The notes under the pieces: generated by a model
The model's database searches: none
Told to the model about the DNA's origin: nothing
Seen by the model: the letters and a program-made list of their open reading frames with translations, nothing else
Shown: positions 20,978-32,335 of the stretch, piece after piece
Layout: every line of letters begins with the position of its first letter
Numbering within the stretch: the stretch's first letter is position 1
From: Rebecca billardiae RCC1528
Lineage: Eukaryota > Protista > Haptophyta
DNA length: 64,000 nucleotides
Reading direction: 5' to 3'
Assembly: GCA_965240325.2 (NCBI GenBank)
Contig: OZ251226.1
Span: forward strand, 3,286,001-3,350,000
Program-made: the position numbers and the translations under genes

Positions 20978-23041
20978 TCACGCCGTCGGCGCCGGCTCCA
21001 TGCGCACCACCTCCGCGACGCGTGCAAACACGCGCGCGAGCTCGGCGCGCGTGGGCTCGTCGTTGCGCGCGATGCGGACGAGCACCACCGCGCCCGGGTG
21101 TCCGACGCCGGGGACGACGCCCTCGCCCTCCTTCACGTCGTACCCGGCGAGGGCGAGCACGTTGGCGTACGCGTTGGCCTCCTGGTACCCGGCCGGGTAC
21201 GCGTCGAGCAGCGCCGGGTGCGGCAGGGACGAGTCCTGCGCCGCGGGCAGCAGTGAGAGCGTGAGCGCGCTGCCCTGCTTGCCCATGGCGTGCGTGGCGT
21301 GCCCCACCGCCGGGCCCTTGCCCACGTCGGCGAAGGAGCCGCACGCGCGCGCCCACACGTCGCGCGCGAACGCGCCGTCGAGCACGTCGCGCATCGCGCG
21401 CGCGTCCGCGCCGCGCGAGAGGTTGCCAAAGTAGATCGCCTCGCCGTAGCACGCGCGCGGCTTGGCGGCGCGCAGCGCGATGCGGTGCAGCGCCCCGAGC
21501 ACGTCGCCGACAGCGGACGCGTCCAGGCCGAGGGCGGAGAGCTCGGCGGCGACGGCGTCGGCGGGGAGGGCGCCCGCGCTGGCGGAGGGCAGGTAGCAGA
21601 TGGAGACGGGCGCGCCGACGCCGCCCACCGTGCACCGCGTCGCCGGGCCGAGCAGCGGCGCGACGGTCGCGAGCGGCCCGCCGCCCTCGCTCGCCATCAG
21701 GTGCGCGACGATGCGCTTGTACGTCTCGACCGGCGGCTGGTTGACGGCGCAGAGGCCCCAGGCCTCGGCGAGGGCGTACTTGAGGACGGTGAACTGCTGC
21801 ATGAGCTGGCCGAGCGCGCGCGTGGGCGGGCCGCGCAGCCGCAGCTCGCGCACGTCCCACCCCTCGCCCTGCGGCAGCGGCCCTTCCTCCAGCCCCTCCA
21901 CCGCCACGCTCAGCACGAGCTGCTGCTGGGGCGCGCTCGGCGCCTCCAGCGACGTCACGACCTTGAGGAGGATCGAGGGGGTCTTGCCGAGGGACTCCTC
22001 GATGTGCTGCTTGAACCAGAGGGAGGCGTCGCGCCACTCGAGGCCCGCGCCGCCCTCCACGCCCGCGCGCGCGTGCCACCGCCCGCGCCACGCGGGCGGC
22101 AGCAGCAGCACGAGCGTCGCGCCGCCGTGCCCCGCGCGCTCGGCCGCGGCCGCGATCCACTCGGCCGTCTGCAGGGCGGCGCCCACGTCGGCGGGGGCGA
22201 GGTCGAGGGAGGCGGCGTACTCGCGGGCGGAGCCGCCCGCGAGGTGCAGCGGCAGCAGCATCCCGTGCGCCACGTAGTCGTGCCGCCCCGCGCACGTCGA
22301 CTGCTCGGCGGGCTGGTGCGGCAGGTTGGCCACCGGCGGCACCAGTGCCTTGTCGAGCAGCGAGCCCGGGATCGTCACCTTGTAGAAGTGCGAGGACACG
22401 TCCAGGCCGAAGGCGGTGAAGGCGGGGACGAGCGCGTGCTGCACGTTGAAGACGGGCTCCACCGAGGTCATCCCCAGCGCCTGCGCCACGACCACCGTGC
22501 GCCGCAGCGCGCGCTTGAGCGGCGGCTCCTCCGCCTCCGACGCGCCCGGCGGCAGCGGCGGCGCGCACGCGGCGATGCCCGCAAAGATGTGCGCGAGCGT
22601 GTCGGCGTTGACGTCGTCGAGGCCCCACACGCGGAGCGAGTCCTCGGGCATCATCCCCGACGCCAGCGCCAGGTACTTGTCCTCGATCGATCCGCCCATC
22701 CCCGCCCACACGATGTGCTCGAGCGGCACGCCCTCGCCGTACGCGCGGCCGAGCGCCGCGCGTATCGCCTCCGCGAGCTCGGCGACGCGCGCGAAGGCGG
22801 CCGGGCCGTGCGCCTCGTCGTTGAGCAGCCGAGGCACGTGGAACGGCGCCAGGATCAGCCCCTTGGGCGGCACCCGCGCGCTCGCGCCGGCCGATGCGTC
22901 GACGAGCGACACGACGGGCACGAGCTCGTGCGCGCCCGCGGTGATCTCGCGCTCGGCGGGGTTGACGGTGAGCGACGTGGCGGCGTCGAAGAAGAGCGGG
23001 TCAAAGAAGCGCTTGAGCCAGGCCTCCGGGTCCTTCGACAT
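20978..23041 (-). CDS. Divergent glucose-6-phosphate isomerase-like (SIS-domain) protein, intronless
   Basis: WAGMGGS, GMTSVEP, VTIPGSLL, AGRH, VNQPPVETYK (cf. PGI GIGGS / GGRY / DQPGVExYK); C-terminal GPAVGHAT as in Tal-PGI type proteins. Confidence 0.65.
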   Translation of the reverse strand: MSKDPEAWLKRFFDPLFFDAATSLTVNPAEREITAGAHELVPVVSLVDASAGASARVPPKGLILAPFHVPRLLNDEAHGPAAFARVAELAEAIRAALGRAYGEGVPLEHIVWAGMGGSIEDKYLALASGMMPEDSLRVWGLDDVNADTLAHIFAGIAACAPPLPPGASEAEEPPLKRALRRTVVVAQALGMTSVEPVFNVQHALVPAFTAFGLDVSSHFYKVTIPGSLLDKALVPPVANLPHQPAEQSTCAGRHDYVAHGMLLPLHLAGGSAREYAASLDLAPADVGAALQTAEWIAAAAERAGHGGATLVLLLPPAWRGRWHARAGVEGGAGLEWRDASLWFKQHIEESLGKTPSILLKVVTSLEAPSAPQQQLVLSVAVEGLEEGPLPQGEGWDVRELRLRGPPTRALGQLMQQFTVLKYALAEAWGLCAVNQPPVETYKRIVAHLMASEGGGPLATVAPLLGPATRCTVGGVGAPVSICYLPSASAGALPADAVAAELSALGLDASAVGDVLGALHRIALRAAKPRACYGEAIYFGNLSRGADARAMRDVLDGAFARDVWARACGSFADVGKGPAVGHATHAMGKQGSALTLSLLPAAQDSSLPHPALLDAYPAGYQEANAYANVLALAGYDVKEGEGVVPGVGHPGAVVLVRIARNDEPTRAELARVFARVAEVVRMEPAPTA

Positions 23042-23386
23042 GATCGTCGGTACGGGCGTGCGTGCGTGTGCGTGGCTTGACGAGCGGCGCGCAGGGCCAG
23101 CGGAGAGGCGGCGGCGGCGGGAGCGGAGCCGGACGCGAAAGCAAACGGGAGAAATCAACGCAGGCGGGCAATAATGCCGCTTCGAGAAGCTTGCATCGGT
23201 TTCGTCGTCGTCGGCGGTGGCGGGGGGTGGATTATTTATACCCGCCGCCATTCCATCAATAAAAAAGAATTAGCAGTGGCGACGAGGCCGCACGGTGACG
23301 GTGACGCGACGATGGCGCGGAGAAGATGATTGGGTGAGTGAGGCACGGAGCGCCCGGCCGCGCGATCGCAGCCCGCGCTTCTCGCG

Positions 23387-23468
23387 GTGTGGTGATGATT
23401 GGTATCCATACCCTAGCTGACACCCCATGATCGATCAGCAAGTACCACCCCAGCCAATCTGAGCACAC
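23387..23468 (+). ncRNA. Box C/D snoRNA with a guide antisense to the LSU rRNA P-loop region (UUGGCUGGGG)
   Basis: Box C GTGATGA 23392, D' CTGA 23417, C' ATGATCGA 23427, D CTGA 23459; terminal stem GTGTG/CACAC; guide GTACCACCCCAGCCAA. Confidence 0.8.
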
Positions 23469-23499
23469 GCGCGCGCGGCGTCGCGGGGCACGTCCACAA

Positions 23500-23596
23500 G
23501 CGCAGTCGCGGTGACGAGAACTATGTTCAACTCACGATGGTCTGCTGAGCATACGCATGCTGACAATGACTAACCCAGCTCTCTGAGCGACTGCGC
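23500..23596 (+). ncRNA. Box C/D snoRNA, snR69-like (guides Cm in LSU GAGCUGGGUU)
   Basis: 10-bp terminal stem GCGCAGTCGC/GCGACTGCGC; box C GTGACGA 23511, D CTGA 23583. Guide AACCCAGCTC; the D+5 rule hits the C of GAGCUGGG. Confidence 0.85.
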
Positions 23597-23618
23597 GGCG
23601 GGAGGGAGGGCTGCACAC

Positions 23619-23750
23619 GCGCAACCACTTGCCGAGCAGCCCGCACCGTGCGGCCCTGCCATTTCTTCCCGGTTGCGCACAGCACGCGCTCGCTCTAAGG
23701 GTCGGCAGCTCTCCCTGTGGGTTGCTGGCTCGGCATAGTGACGCACACGC
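23619..23750 (+). ncRNA. Box H/ACA snoRNA; 5' pocket targets LSU GGGAAG-UC-GGCAAG
   Basis: Hairpin GCGCAACC...GGTTGCGC, H box ACAGCA 23679, second hairpin, ACA 23745 plus 3 nt. Pocket strands ACTTGCC and CTTCCC lie 14 nt from the H box. Confidence 0.8.
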
Positions 23751-24368
23751 GCCCCTGCCCCTACGAACCCCTACCCGGCCCGCATGCAGGTGCGGCGCGA
23801 ACAGCGCCTCGGAGCTGATACACCGACAACCGCCGGGTGCTTCGAACGGCTCTGCGCCGCCTCATCACTGATCGATCGTCAAGATCGAGCGAATCCATCG
23901 TCACTTGCCTCGATTTTGCCCCGGACTCCCAGTGCCCGACTGGCCCATTGCGCTGCCCATGCCCATCATCATGGTTATGATGAGGATGAGCCGGGTCCGG
24001 CGCCGCTAGCCGCGCTAGCGCCACGGGCCCCGGTCCCGGAGGCCGGAGGCTCCGATTGCAAGTCGAGCCTCGATCGAGATTCACAGATTCGGGAGGTTAC
24101 AGCGGCGCAGAACCGTCGGACTCGCCAGTCGGGCGTCGGAGCGGTTGATGTGACAGTGCTACGACATCGGACATATGCAGCTTTGAATGTACTGTGGCAT
24201 CCGATAGTACTCCCGGATCTGAATATTATAAGTATTATTATTATAATATATATATATATTATGCGTAAATAACTAATAAGTCACTGTGATATTATTACGA
24301 CGTACCCTTTTTATTAAAATATATAATAAACTATACTGCTGAGTATAATATTATGATACTACTGTCGT

Positions 24369-24372
<4 letters not shown>

Positions 24373-24422
<50 letters not shown>
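24373..24422. repeat. (TA)n microsatellite (second tract at ~24603-24634)
   Basis: Read directly. Confidence 0.95.
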
Positions 24423-24425
<3 letters not shown>

Positions 24426-24794
24426 TCAATAAGTAGCAGCAGCAGCAGTTACGGATTAATATAACTCTCGGGCGCCGGGGCCCGCCAGCGACGCGAGGCT
24501 GCGCGCTTCATACGCTGACGACCCGCTGAGTATAACCGCCGACTGCTACTACGAGTTACCGGGACTGCGGGAGGCCCGCGGTGGCGGTGACGGTCCCATC
24601 ATTATATATATATATATATATAAATATATATATAAGTTGAACTGAACTTACGGAGTAGTTCTGTCCGCCGCCAACATGGCCGCGCGGCTGCGCAACGACG
24701 CACCGCGGAACGGCCGACCGCGCTGCTCTCTCCGCTGCTACTAGTGGCAGCGCCGAGCGCTGCGGCTCAGCCGAGTATTAGGCTCAGCAGTCAC

Positions 24795-26590
24795 TCAGCA
24801 CACCAGCAGCATCAGGTCAGTGAGCCCGTCGCCCTGCGAGCTGAAGCAGAAGAGGCCGGACACCTCGTGCCCGCCCGCGACGCCGGTGATCTTGGCGCGG
24901 CACAGCGGGCACGTCGAGTCGCGCGCGAAGCGCTGCCGCCGGTCGCGCTCGACCCACGTCGCGAGGCACGCCTTGCAGAAGACGTGGCCGCACGCGGGCA
25001 GCACGACGGGCGCGCTCAGCGCGTCGTGGCAGATCGAGCACTGCGCCTCCGAGCCGCCCAGCTCAGCCAGCTCCTCGGGGGAGGCGTCGCGCCAGGGCTG
25101 GCGCGCGGGGCACGCGCGGCGGGGCGCGGGGGCGCGCGCGCGAGCGAGCGCGTGAGTGTAAGCGGCCGCGGTCGCGCTCGCGGTCGCGCTCGCGCGCGCG
25201 CTCGGCCTCGCGCGCCCGGTCTGGCGCTCACCGGCTCGTGTGTGCGCGCGCCGTCCAGCAGCGCCTGCTGCCGCCAGCGGCGCAGCGCGTGCAGCTGCTC
25301 GAGTGCGGAGAGCAGCTTGAAGGCGCAGTACGTGAGGAGCAGCCACACGGACCAGAAGCCGCCGCCGATCATCGCGCTCGCGTCCTGCGCCGCCACGCCC
25401 TCCGCGCCGCGCGCCGCGGCCGCGACTCGCACGAGCCCCGCGCCGAACCAGCCGAGCCACAGCAGCACGGGCAGGGCGGTGCGCGCCAGCCCGACGCACA
25501 GCTCCCAGCCGTGGCAGAGCTGGCGCGTGCGCGAGGGGGCGGGCTCGGCGCGCAGCGCGGCGAGCGCCACGCCCGCGAGCTTCACGCACGCCGCGACGCA
25601 GCGCGTCGCCAGGTCGAGCGTGAGCACGCGCACGCCCACGCGCTGCGCGGGCGGCGCGTGGGCCCCAAACGGGTTGAGGACTGAGACAGGGTCGAGCGGC
25701 GGCGTGTGCAGGGGCATGGCGTCGGCGGCGGAGGCGAGGAGCAGCGCGAGCGGCGCGTGGGCGAGCACGAGCACGAGCGCGCACGCCGCGCGCGCGCGCG
25801 CGCGCCGCCCCGTCTCCTCGAGCGGCGCGCGCTGCAGCCGGTTGGCCGCGTGCAGCGCGGCGCTGAGCCACACGCACGCGCCGCACGCGGCCCACGGCAT
25901 CGCGAGCGCGACCGACATGGCGAAGAGGAGGACCCAGCCGGCGAGCGCGAGGGCGTACGCGTAGAGGAACAGGCCGAACTGCAGCCCCTCGTTCCCGCCG
26001 GTGCACAGCATGCACAGCACGTACAGCACGAAGAAGAGCACGAAGTGCTCCTTGGACGAGTACGCGACCGCGCCGACCGGCACGACCAGCAGCGCAAACA
26101 GCACGGTGAAGCACAGCTTCTGCAGCTCGGAGTACTCGGCGAGCGGGTGGCGCGGGCCGGACGGGTCGTCCGGCTCGGGGGCGCCGTCCGCGCCGCCGCC
26201 GGACGCCGCCGGCGCCTCAGCGTCGGCCTCGCTCGCGCGCGGCGCGCCGACCGCCTCGCCCTCGGCCGCGGCCGGCGCAGCGGCCGGCGCCGACGCACCC
26301 TCCGCGCCGGCCGAGGCGGAGGGCACGGCGGGCGCGGCGGCGGCGGCGGGTGCGGGCGGGGAGGAGCCCACTGCCGCTACAGGCGCCGTCGCGGCGGGCG
26401 CGCCATCGCCACTCTCCGCCGATGACGGCGAGGGAGGAGCGGGCGGCGGCGGCGCCGCCGGCTCGGCCGCCGAGTCCTCCGCGCTCGCGCCGGCGTTGGC
26501 GGCGATCTCGGCGCGCACATCTGCGAGGTTGGGCGCGTCGGTCGACTGCGCCGCGAGCAGCTGCTGGCTCTCCTCCACGGGCGGCGGCAT
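24795..26590 (-). CDS. Multi-TM RING E3 ligase, RNFT1/2-like; intron 25098-25231
   Basis: Several TM helices, then CSICHDALSAPVVLPACGHVFCKACLATW...TCPLCR and a terminal GDGLT. Confidence 0.8.
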
Positions 26591-26693
26591 GGGCGCGCCC
26601 CTTGCGAGCGCCCACCCCGCAACTTTTTGGACGCTGGCTATAAAGAGGGCCAGCGGGCCCACCGCCACCGCCTGCTGCTCAGCTTGCCTCAGC

Positions 26694-27802
26694 CAAGGGA
26701 GTCAAGGGTGCCCGCGCCCCAGTGGCGCGCTCGGCGGATGTTGGGATACACCTTTTTGCCCGCGGCCCTGCGGCGGCGGCGGCGGTGGCGTGCTCCGCTG
26801 GCGGGGCGAGCGCACGGGGCACGGCGCTGCGGGCGCGGATGTGCCCGCGAAGCCGGCGCGTGCGGACGGGCTGTTGCGGGAGAGTATCAGGCGCCCTCCT
26901 GCGACGCGCGACTTGCGCCACGCCTCTTTCGCCTCGGCTCAGAGCAGCGCGCACGCACGCGCCGCCTCAAGGCCAGCCTTGCCGCGCCGCAGCCGACCGC
27001 GCGCGCGCCGTGCGCGGCGTGGTCGGGAAGGAACGGGCGCTGCTGCCGGGCGAGATGGCGACATCATGGGCGCACGCCATGCCGCCCCGCGGCGCCGCGA
27101 AAGAGCACGAGAACGGATCCGCACAGCTGTTGACGAGTGCTGATTTCTTGCCGTGCCTGAAGCCAGACCTGAGCTCGAAGAAGATGATGAAAGAGCATCA
27201 GCGCGAGGAAAGCGTCGCACCCAGCACTTCTACATGACCACGCGGTGATGAACATTCATGTAAGAGTAGCCCGCGTGCCCGTCTGGCACTGTTCTGTGTC
27301 TCAATGATCGTCCCGACAACGGTCACGACCGCGAGGCAGTGCACACCATTTGTGACAAGTCGAAAAGGCGTGCAAACGGACCGACGACACTCTCGTCAAG
27401 GCGTGGCGGGGCGGCATGGCGTGCGCCTATGATGTCGCCATCTCGCCCGGCAGCAGCGCCCGTTCCTTCCCGACCACGCCGCGCACGGCGCGCGCGCGGT
27501 CGGCTGCGGCGCGGCAAGGCTGGCCTTGAGGCGGCGCGTGCGTGCGCGCTGCTCTGAGCCGAGGCGAAAGAGGCGTGGCGCAAGTCGCGCGTCGCAGGAG
27601 GGCGCCAGATGCTCTCCCGCAACAGCCCGTCCGCACGCGCCGGCTTCGCGGGCACATCCGCGCCCGCAGCGCCGTGCCCCGTGCGCTCGCCCCGCCAGCG
27701 GAGCACGCCACCGCCGCCGCCGCCGCAGGGCCGCGGGCAAAAAGGTGTATCCCAACATCCGCCGAGCGCGCCACTGGGGCGCGGGCACCCTTGACTCCCT
27801 TG
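26694..27802. mobile_element. Non-autonomous fold-back DNA transposon (P-superfamily-like MITE), subfamily A
   Basis: ~395-bp TIRs starting CAAGGGAGTCAAGGG; 7-bp TSD CCTCAGC at 26687 and 27803. Confidence 0.9.
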
Positions 27803-27809
27803 CCTCAGC

Positions 27810-28916
27810 CAAGGGAGGTCCGGGCCGGGAGCTCCCAGCGAGCGGCCAGCGCGACATCACCTCAAGGTTTTTTCCTGAGCGCCGGGCGGCAGCGGCGGCG
27901 AGGGCGGTGCTCCGCTGGCGGGGCGCGCACGGGGCACGGCGCTGCGGGCGCGGATGTGTCCGCAGAGCCGGCGCGTGCGGACGGGCTGTTGCGGGAGAGC
28001 ATCTGGCGCCCTCCTGCGCCGCGCGCATTGCGCCACGCCTCTTTCGCCTTGACTCAGGGCAGCGCGCACATGCGCGCTGCGTCAAGGCCAGCCTTGCCGC
28101 GCCGCAGCCGACCGCACGCGCGCCGTGCGCGGCGTGGTCGGGAAGGAACGGGCGCGGCTGCCGGGCGAGATGGCGACATCACGTGCGCACGCCATGTCGT
28201 CCCGCGGCGCCGCGAAAGGGCGCGATAACGGATCCGCACAGCTGTTGACGAGTGCTGATTTCTTGCCGTGCCTGAAGCCAGACCTGAGCTCGAAAAAGAT
28301 GATGAAAGTGCATCAGCGCGAGGAAAGCGTCGCACCCAGCACTTCTACATGGCCACGTGGTGATGGACATTCATGTAAGAGTAGTCCGCGTGCCCGTCTG
28401 GCACTGTTCTGTGTCTCAATGATCGTCCCGACAAGGGTCGCGACCGCGAGGCCGTGCAGACCATTTGAGACAACTCGAAGAGGCGTGCAAACGGACCGGC
28501 GACACGCTCGTCAAGGCGTGGCGGGGCGGCATGGCGTGCGCACGTGATGTCGCCATCTCGCCCGGCAGCCACGCCCGTTCCTTCCCGACCACGCCGCGCA
28601 CGGCGCGCGCGCGGTCGGCTGCGGCGCGGCAAGGCTGGCCTTGACGCAGCGCGCATGTGCGCGCTGCCCTGAGTCAAGGCGAAAGAGGCGTGGCGCAATG
28701 CGCGCGGCGCAGGAGGGCGCCAGATGCTCTCCCGCAACAGCCCGTCCGCACGCGCCGGCTCTGCGGACACATCCGCGCCCGCAGCGCCGTGCCCCGTGCG
28801 CGCCCCGCCAGCGGAGCACCGCCCTCGCCGCCGCTGCCGCCCGGCGCTCAGGAAAAAACCTTGAGGTGATGTCGCGCTGGCCGCTCGCTGGGAGCTCCCG
28901 GCCCGGACCTCCCTTG
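27810..28916. mobile_element. Non-autonomous fold-back DNA transposon (P-like MITE), subfamily B
   Basis: TIRs starting CAAGGGAGGTCCGGG; TSD CCTCAGC at 27803 and 28917; central ~315 bp homologous to the neighbouring element. Confidence 0.9.
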
Positions 28917-29170
28917 CCTCAGCAAGCTTGAGATGATCGGATTCGGACCCCTGCACTCCTGCTCCCGGGTTGACGCAACACAAAGACGCGGGCACACAGC
29001 CAATAAATCGAGGAGGTCGAGGCCGGGTATCCTGCACACTATTCATCATCACCTCGTCGTCGCTTCCAAGCTGAAAGCTGGATGAGAAATCTCGTCAAAT
29101 CTCGCCGCCGCCATTTTCTGCCGATTATTTTACGCGGCCCGCGATTCGCTTCGGCCGTCGAAGGCCGGAC

Positions 29171-31636
29171 GATGACGACGGGAGGCGCAACGCGCATGGC
29201 CGCGTTGGTCGCGTGCGTCGTGCTGCTGCCGCGGGCGGGGCTCGGGATCGAGCGCATGGCGCCTCTTCACCGGCGCACCGCTTTCAACCCCGCGCTCGGC
29301 CGGCCGAGTGCGGCGCCGAGCGGCGCGTGCGGCCGGCCGCGGCCGCACGCGCCGCACGCGCTAGGCTCCAAGAAGAAGGGCAAGCGCAAGTTCCGCGGCG
29401 GCATGGACTGGGACGACGCGCGGCTGTACGACGAGTGGATCAAAGCCGGCGCGCCCGACGAGTTCGACTTCCGCGACATCGACGAGATCGACCTCGACGC
29501 GCCGCCCGACACGCCGAGCCAGCTCGCGCTCGCGGACGAGGCGCAGGAGGACGAGCTGGCGGCGCAGCTGCGCAGGCGGGGCGCGGGGTCGGGGGTGGAC
29601 GCGCGGGGGCAGCAGGCGGGGCCGGGGCCACCGCCTGGCGCCGGCTGGGAGGCCGCCGTGCCCGGCGGCGGCGGCACGCCCGTCAGGCGGAGCGCGGAGC
29701 CACCCGCGCGCGCTGCGAGCGGCGCCGAGGCGTCAGAGCTCGCGATCGCGCAGGCGCTGGCGAGCACGCGCGCGGCCGCGAGCGCCGATGCCGCCGCCGC
29801 CGCCGCCGCCCCCGCCGCCGGTGCCATCCCTCCCGAGGTCGAGGCCGAGCTGCTGCGCGCGGCCGCGCCACCGGGCGGCGCGCGCGCGGGCGGTGCCGCT
29901 GAGCCCGCGGCCGGTGCCGAGGCCGAGCCGACGGAGGCGCTGCGCATGCCCGGGTGGGAGCGCGTCGGGCAGCACGCGTGGGCGCGGGCGGAGGCGCGCG
30001 AGCCCCGGCCGCCCGCACCGCCGCCCGCCTTCTCCGTCCCCGTGCCGCCCTCCCTCCGCCAGCACATCCTCGCGCGCGAGGCGGGCGGCGTGGAGCCGCA
30101 GCCGCTGTGGCCGCAGACGCACTGGCGAGCGTGCTGGGTGAGCGCGACGGACGCGGTGCAGGCGCGCTGCCTGCGCGCGACGTGGGCGAACTTCAACGTC
30201 AAGATCGCCGCCAACTTTGACGACCTGCCCGCGCTCGCCTCCGACAGCTACGGCGGCGAGGGCGTCGGCGGCGCGGCGGGCGGCGCGGCCGAAGCGGCGG
30301 CGGCCGCGCCCGGCGCCGCCGAGCCAAGCCTCGCAGAGGAAGCGCTGCTGCGCGCGGAGATGGCGCACGTGGCGACGGGGCTGCCCGCGCTGGCGGACGC
30401 GACCTCGGTCGAGCTGCTTCCCAACCCGGACGCGCGCACGAACAAGCAGTATGTCTTCCGCGGCGAGGTGCGAGCGGGCGGCGCGTGCCCGCGGCCGTGC
30501 GCGGCGCGGCTGTGTGCGGCGCGGCGCGGCTGTGCTGTGCGCTGCTCTGAGCTGAACCCCCCTGGCTGCGCGCGCGCGCGCGCGTATGGCGCAGGTGGAT
30601 GGGCGCGTGGACGACCTGATCCTCAAGCTACGCCCGCTCTCCGCGCCCAACCGCGCCGCCCTCTTCCACTCCGCCGTCGCCTTCAGCAACGGCACCCACC
30701 GCGTGCTCGCTGACGGCATGTGCGCGGCCGCGCTCACGGTCGCCAACTCGACGATGGCGACGATCTCGCGCACGGGCGCGTACGACGCGATGCTGGAGAA
30801 GCTGGCGGAGGAGTTTGGGCTACCGTTCACCGGGCCGAACGTCGAGTCGGGCGGCACGGGCGAGGTCGTCCTCCCCTCCGAGCGCCGCCCGGCGGGCAAG
30901 GAGCTGCCTGGCGCGCGCATGCTGCGCGAGCGCGTGCTCCGAGACGGCAAGGTTCTGGACTCCGGCATGCTCAAGGTGTCCTCCTTCCTCAACCACCAGG
31001 TGCGCGCGGGCGCAGGGGGGCACGCGCGCGGCGCGGCGCGGCGCCCTCGCGCGCTCCCCCGCACGAGCGCCCCCTCCGCCCCCTCCGCCCCCTTTCGCCC
31101 CCCCGCAGGTGGACGTGGGGCTGATCGAGGCGTGCGGGGAGGAGCTGGCGGTGCGGCTGGAGCGCACGATGCCCTCCAAGATCCTCACCGTCGAGGCGAC
31201 CGGGCTGATCCCCGCGATCTTCGTCGGGCGGCACCTCGGCGTGCCCGTCGTGTTCGCGCGCAAGTCCCGGCCGATGACCATCTCCGACGCGTACTCCGTC
31301 TCGTACCGCTCGGCGACCAAGGGCACCATCCAGGAGCTGGTCGTGTCGGAGGAGTACCTGGCCGCCTCGGACCGCGTGCTGCTCATCGACGACTTCCTCG
31401 CGGGCGGCTCGACGGCGGAGGCGCTCTTCAAGCTGATCAAGATGGCGAACGCCAAGGTGGTCGGCGTGGGCGTGCTGATCGAGAAGCTCACCGCCTCGGG
31501 CCGCGCCTTCCTCTCCGGGTACGAGGTGCAGATGGAGTCGCTCGTCAAGGTGGCGATGCTCGAGGGCGGGCGCATCGACGTGCTCGACGAGCCGCCCTTC
31601 ATCGTGCCGCCCTCGCGCGACGACGCGCCCAGCTGA
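29171..31636 (+). CDS. xpt: Xanthine phosphoribosyltransferase with a long N-terminal extension (signal/transit-like leader, degenerate Ham1-like domain); introns 30468-30594 and 31000-31108
   Basis: LKVSSFLNHQVD, KILTVEATG, PVVFARK, RVLLIDDFLAGG, VGVLIEK are Bacillus-type Xpt motifs once spliced. Confidence 0.85.
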
Positions 31637-32335
31637 GGGCGCGCCGCGCACCAGACGGAGCGGAGCGCGCGCCGCGCGCGCTGAGAGCCGAGCCAACGGT
31701 CGCGGCACCAGCGCCGCGCGACTTTAGACAGCACGGCGCGCGTCTGAATACGGACCCGCGGCCCCGCCCGGCCCGCCCGCCACTGTGCGCGGGTGGCGGG
31801 CGGCGCCCGCGCGCCGCCGCCGGCGCAGCGACATGCAGCAGCGGCTAGACGCGGGACCTTGTCTGTTGACTCTGCACAGTGAGTCCGGGTGCTGTCGTCG
31901 TTGCCACTCATCAGTCGTCATCATCATCCGACGACGATATGATGACGATATATCAGCATCAGCGCAATCATCATCGGTCCGGTCGCGTTACTACACTACT
32001 GCAGACTGCTGCTCAAGACGACTATCCAGCTGCTGAGACTACGACTGCATCACGAACTGACAAACCGGAACTGACGAGTCTGACGAAGGCCACGATGACG
32101 AAGGCGATGGGGCGCGGAGGCCCAGGCCCAGGGTGAGTACGTAGACTTGATGATGATGATAATCTCGTCAGTGATGACTACGACAGTACGAATCTACGAT
32201 ATGATCGATGGCTCGTCGCGAATACCGCGCGCGACGCCCGTGGCCGTAGCGGGCGTAGGCGTATAATCGGTATATCAGTGTTGCCATCATCATCATCAGC
32301 ATATTCGGACATATGATCAGCATCGATCATCATCA

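Noticed and set aside
26694-28916. ORFs inside the MITEs as transposase
   Set aside because: Short, not conserved in frame between copies, and no THAP or DDE motifs
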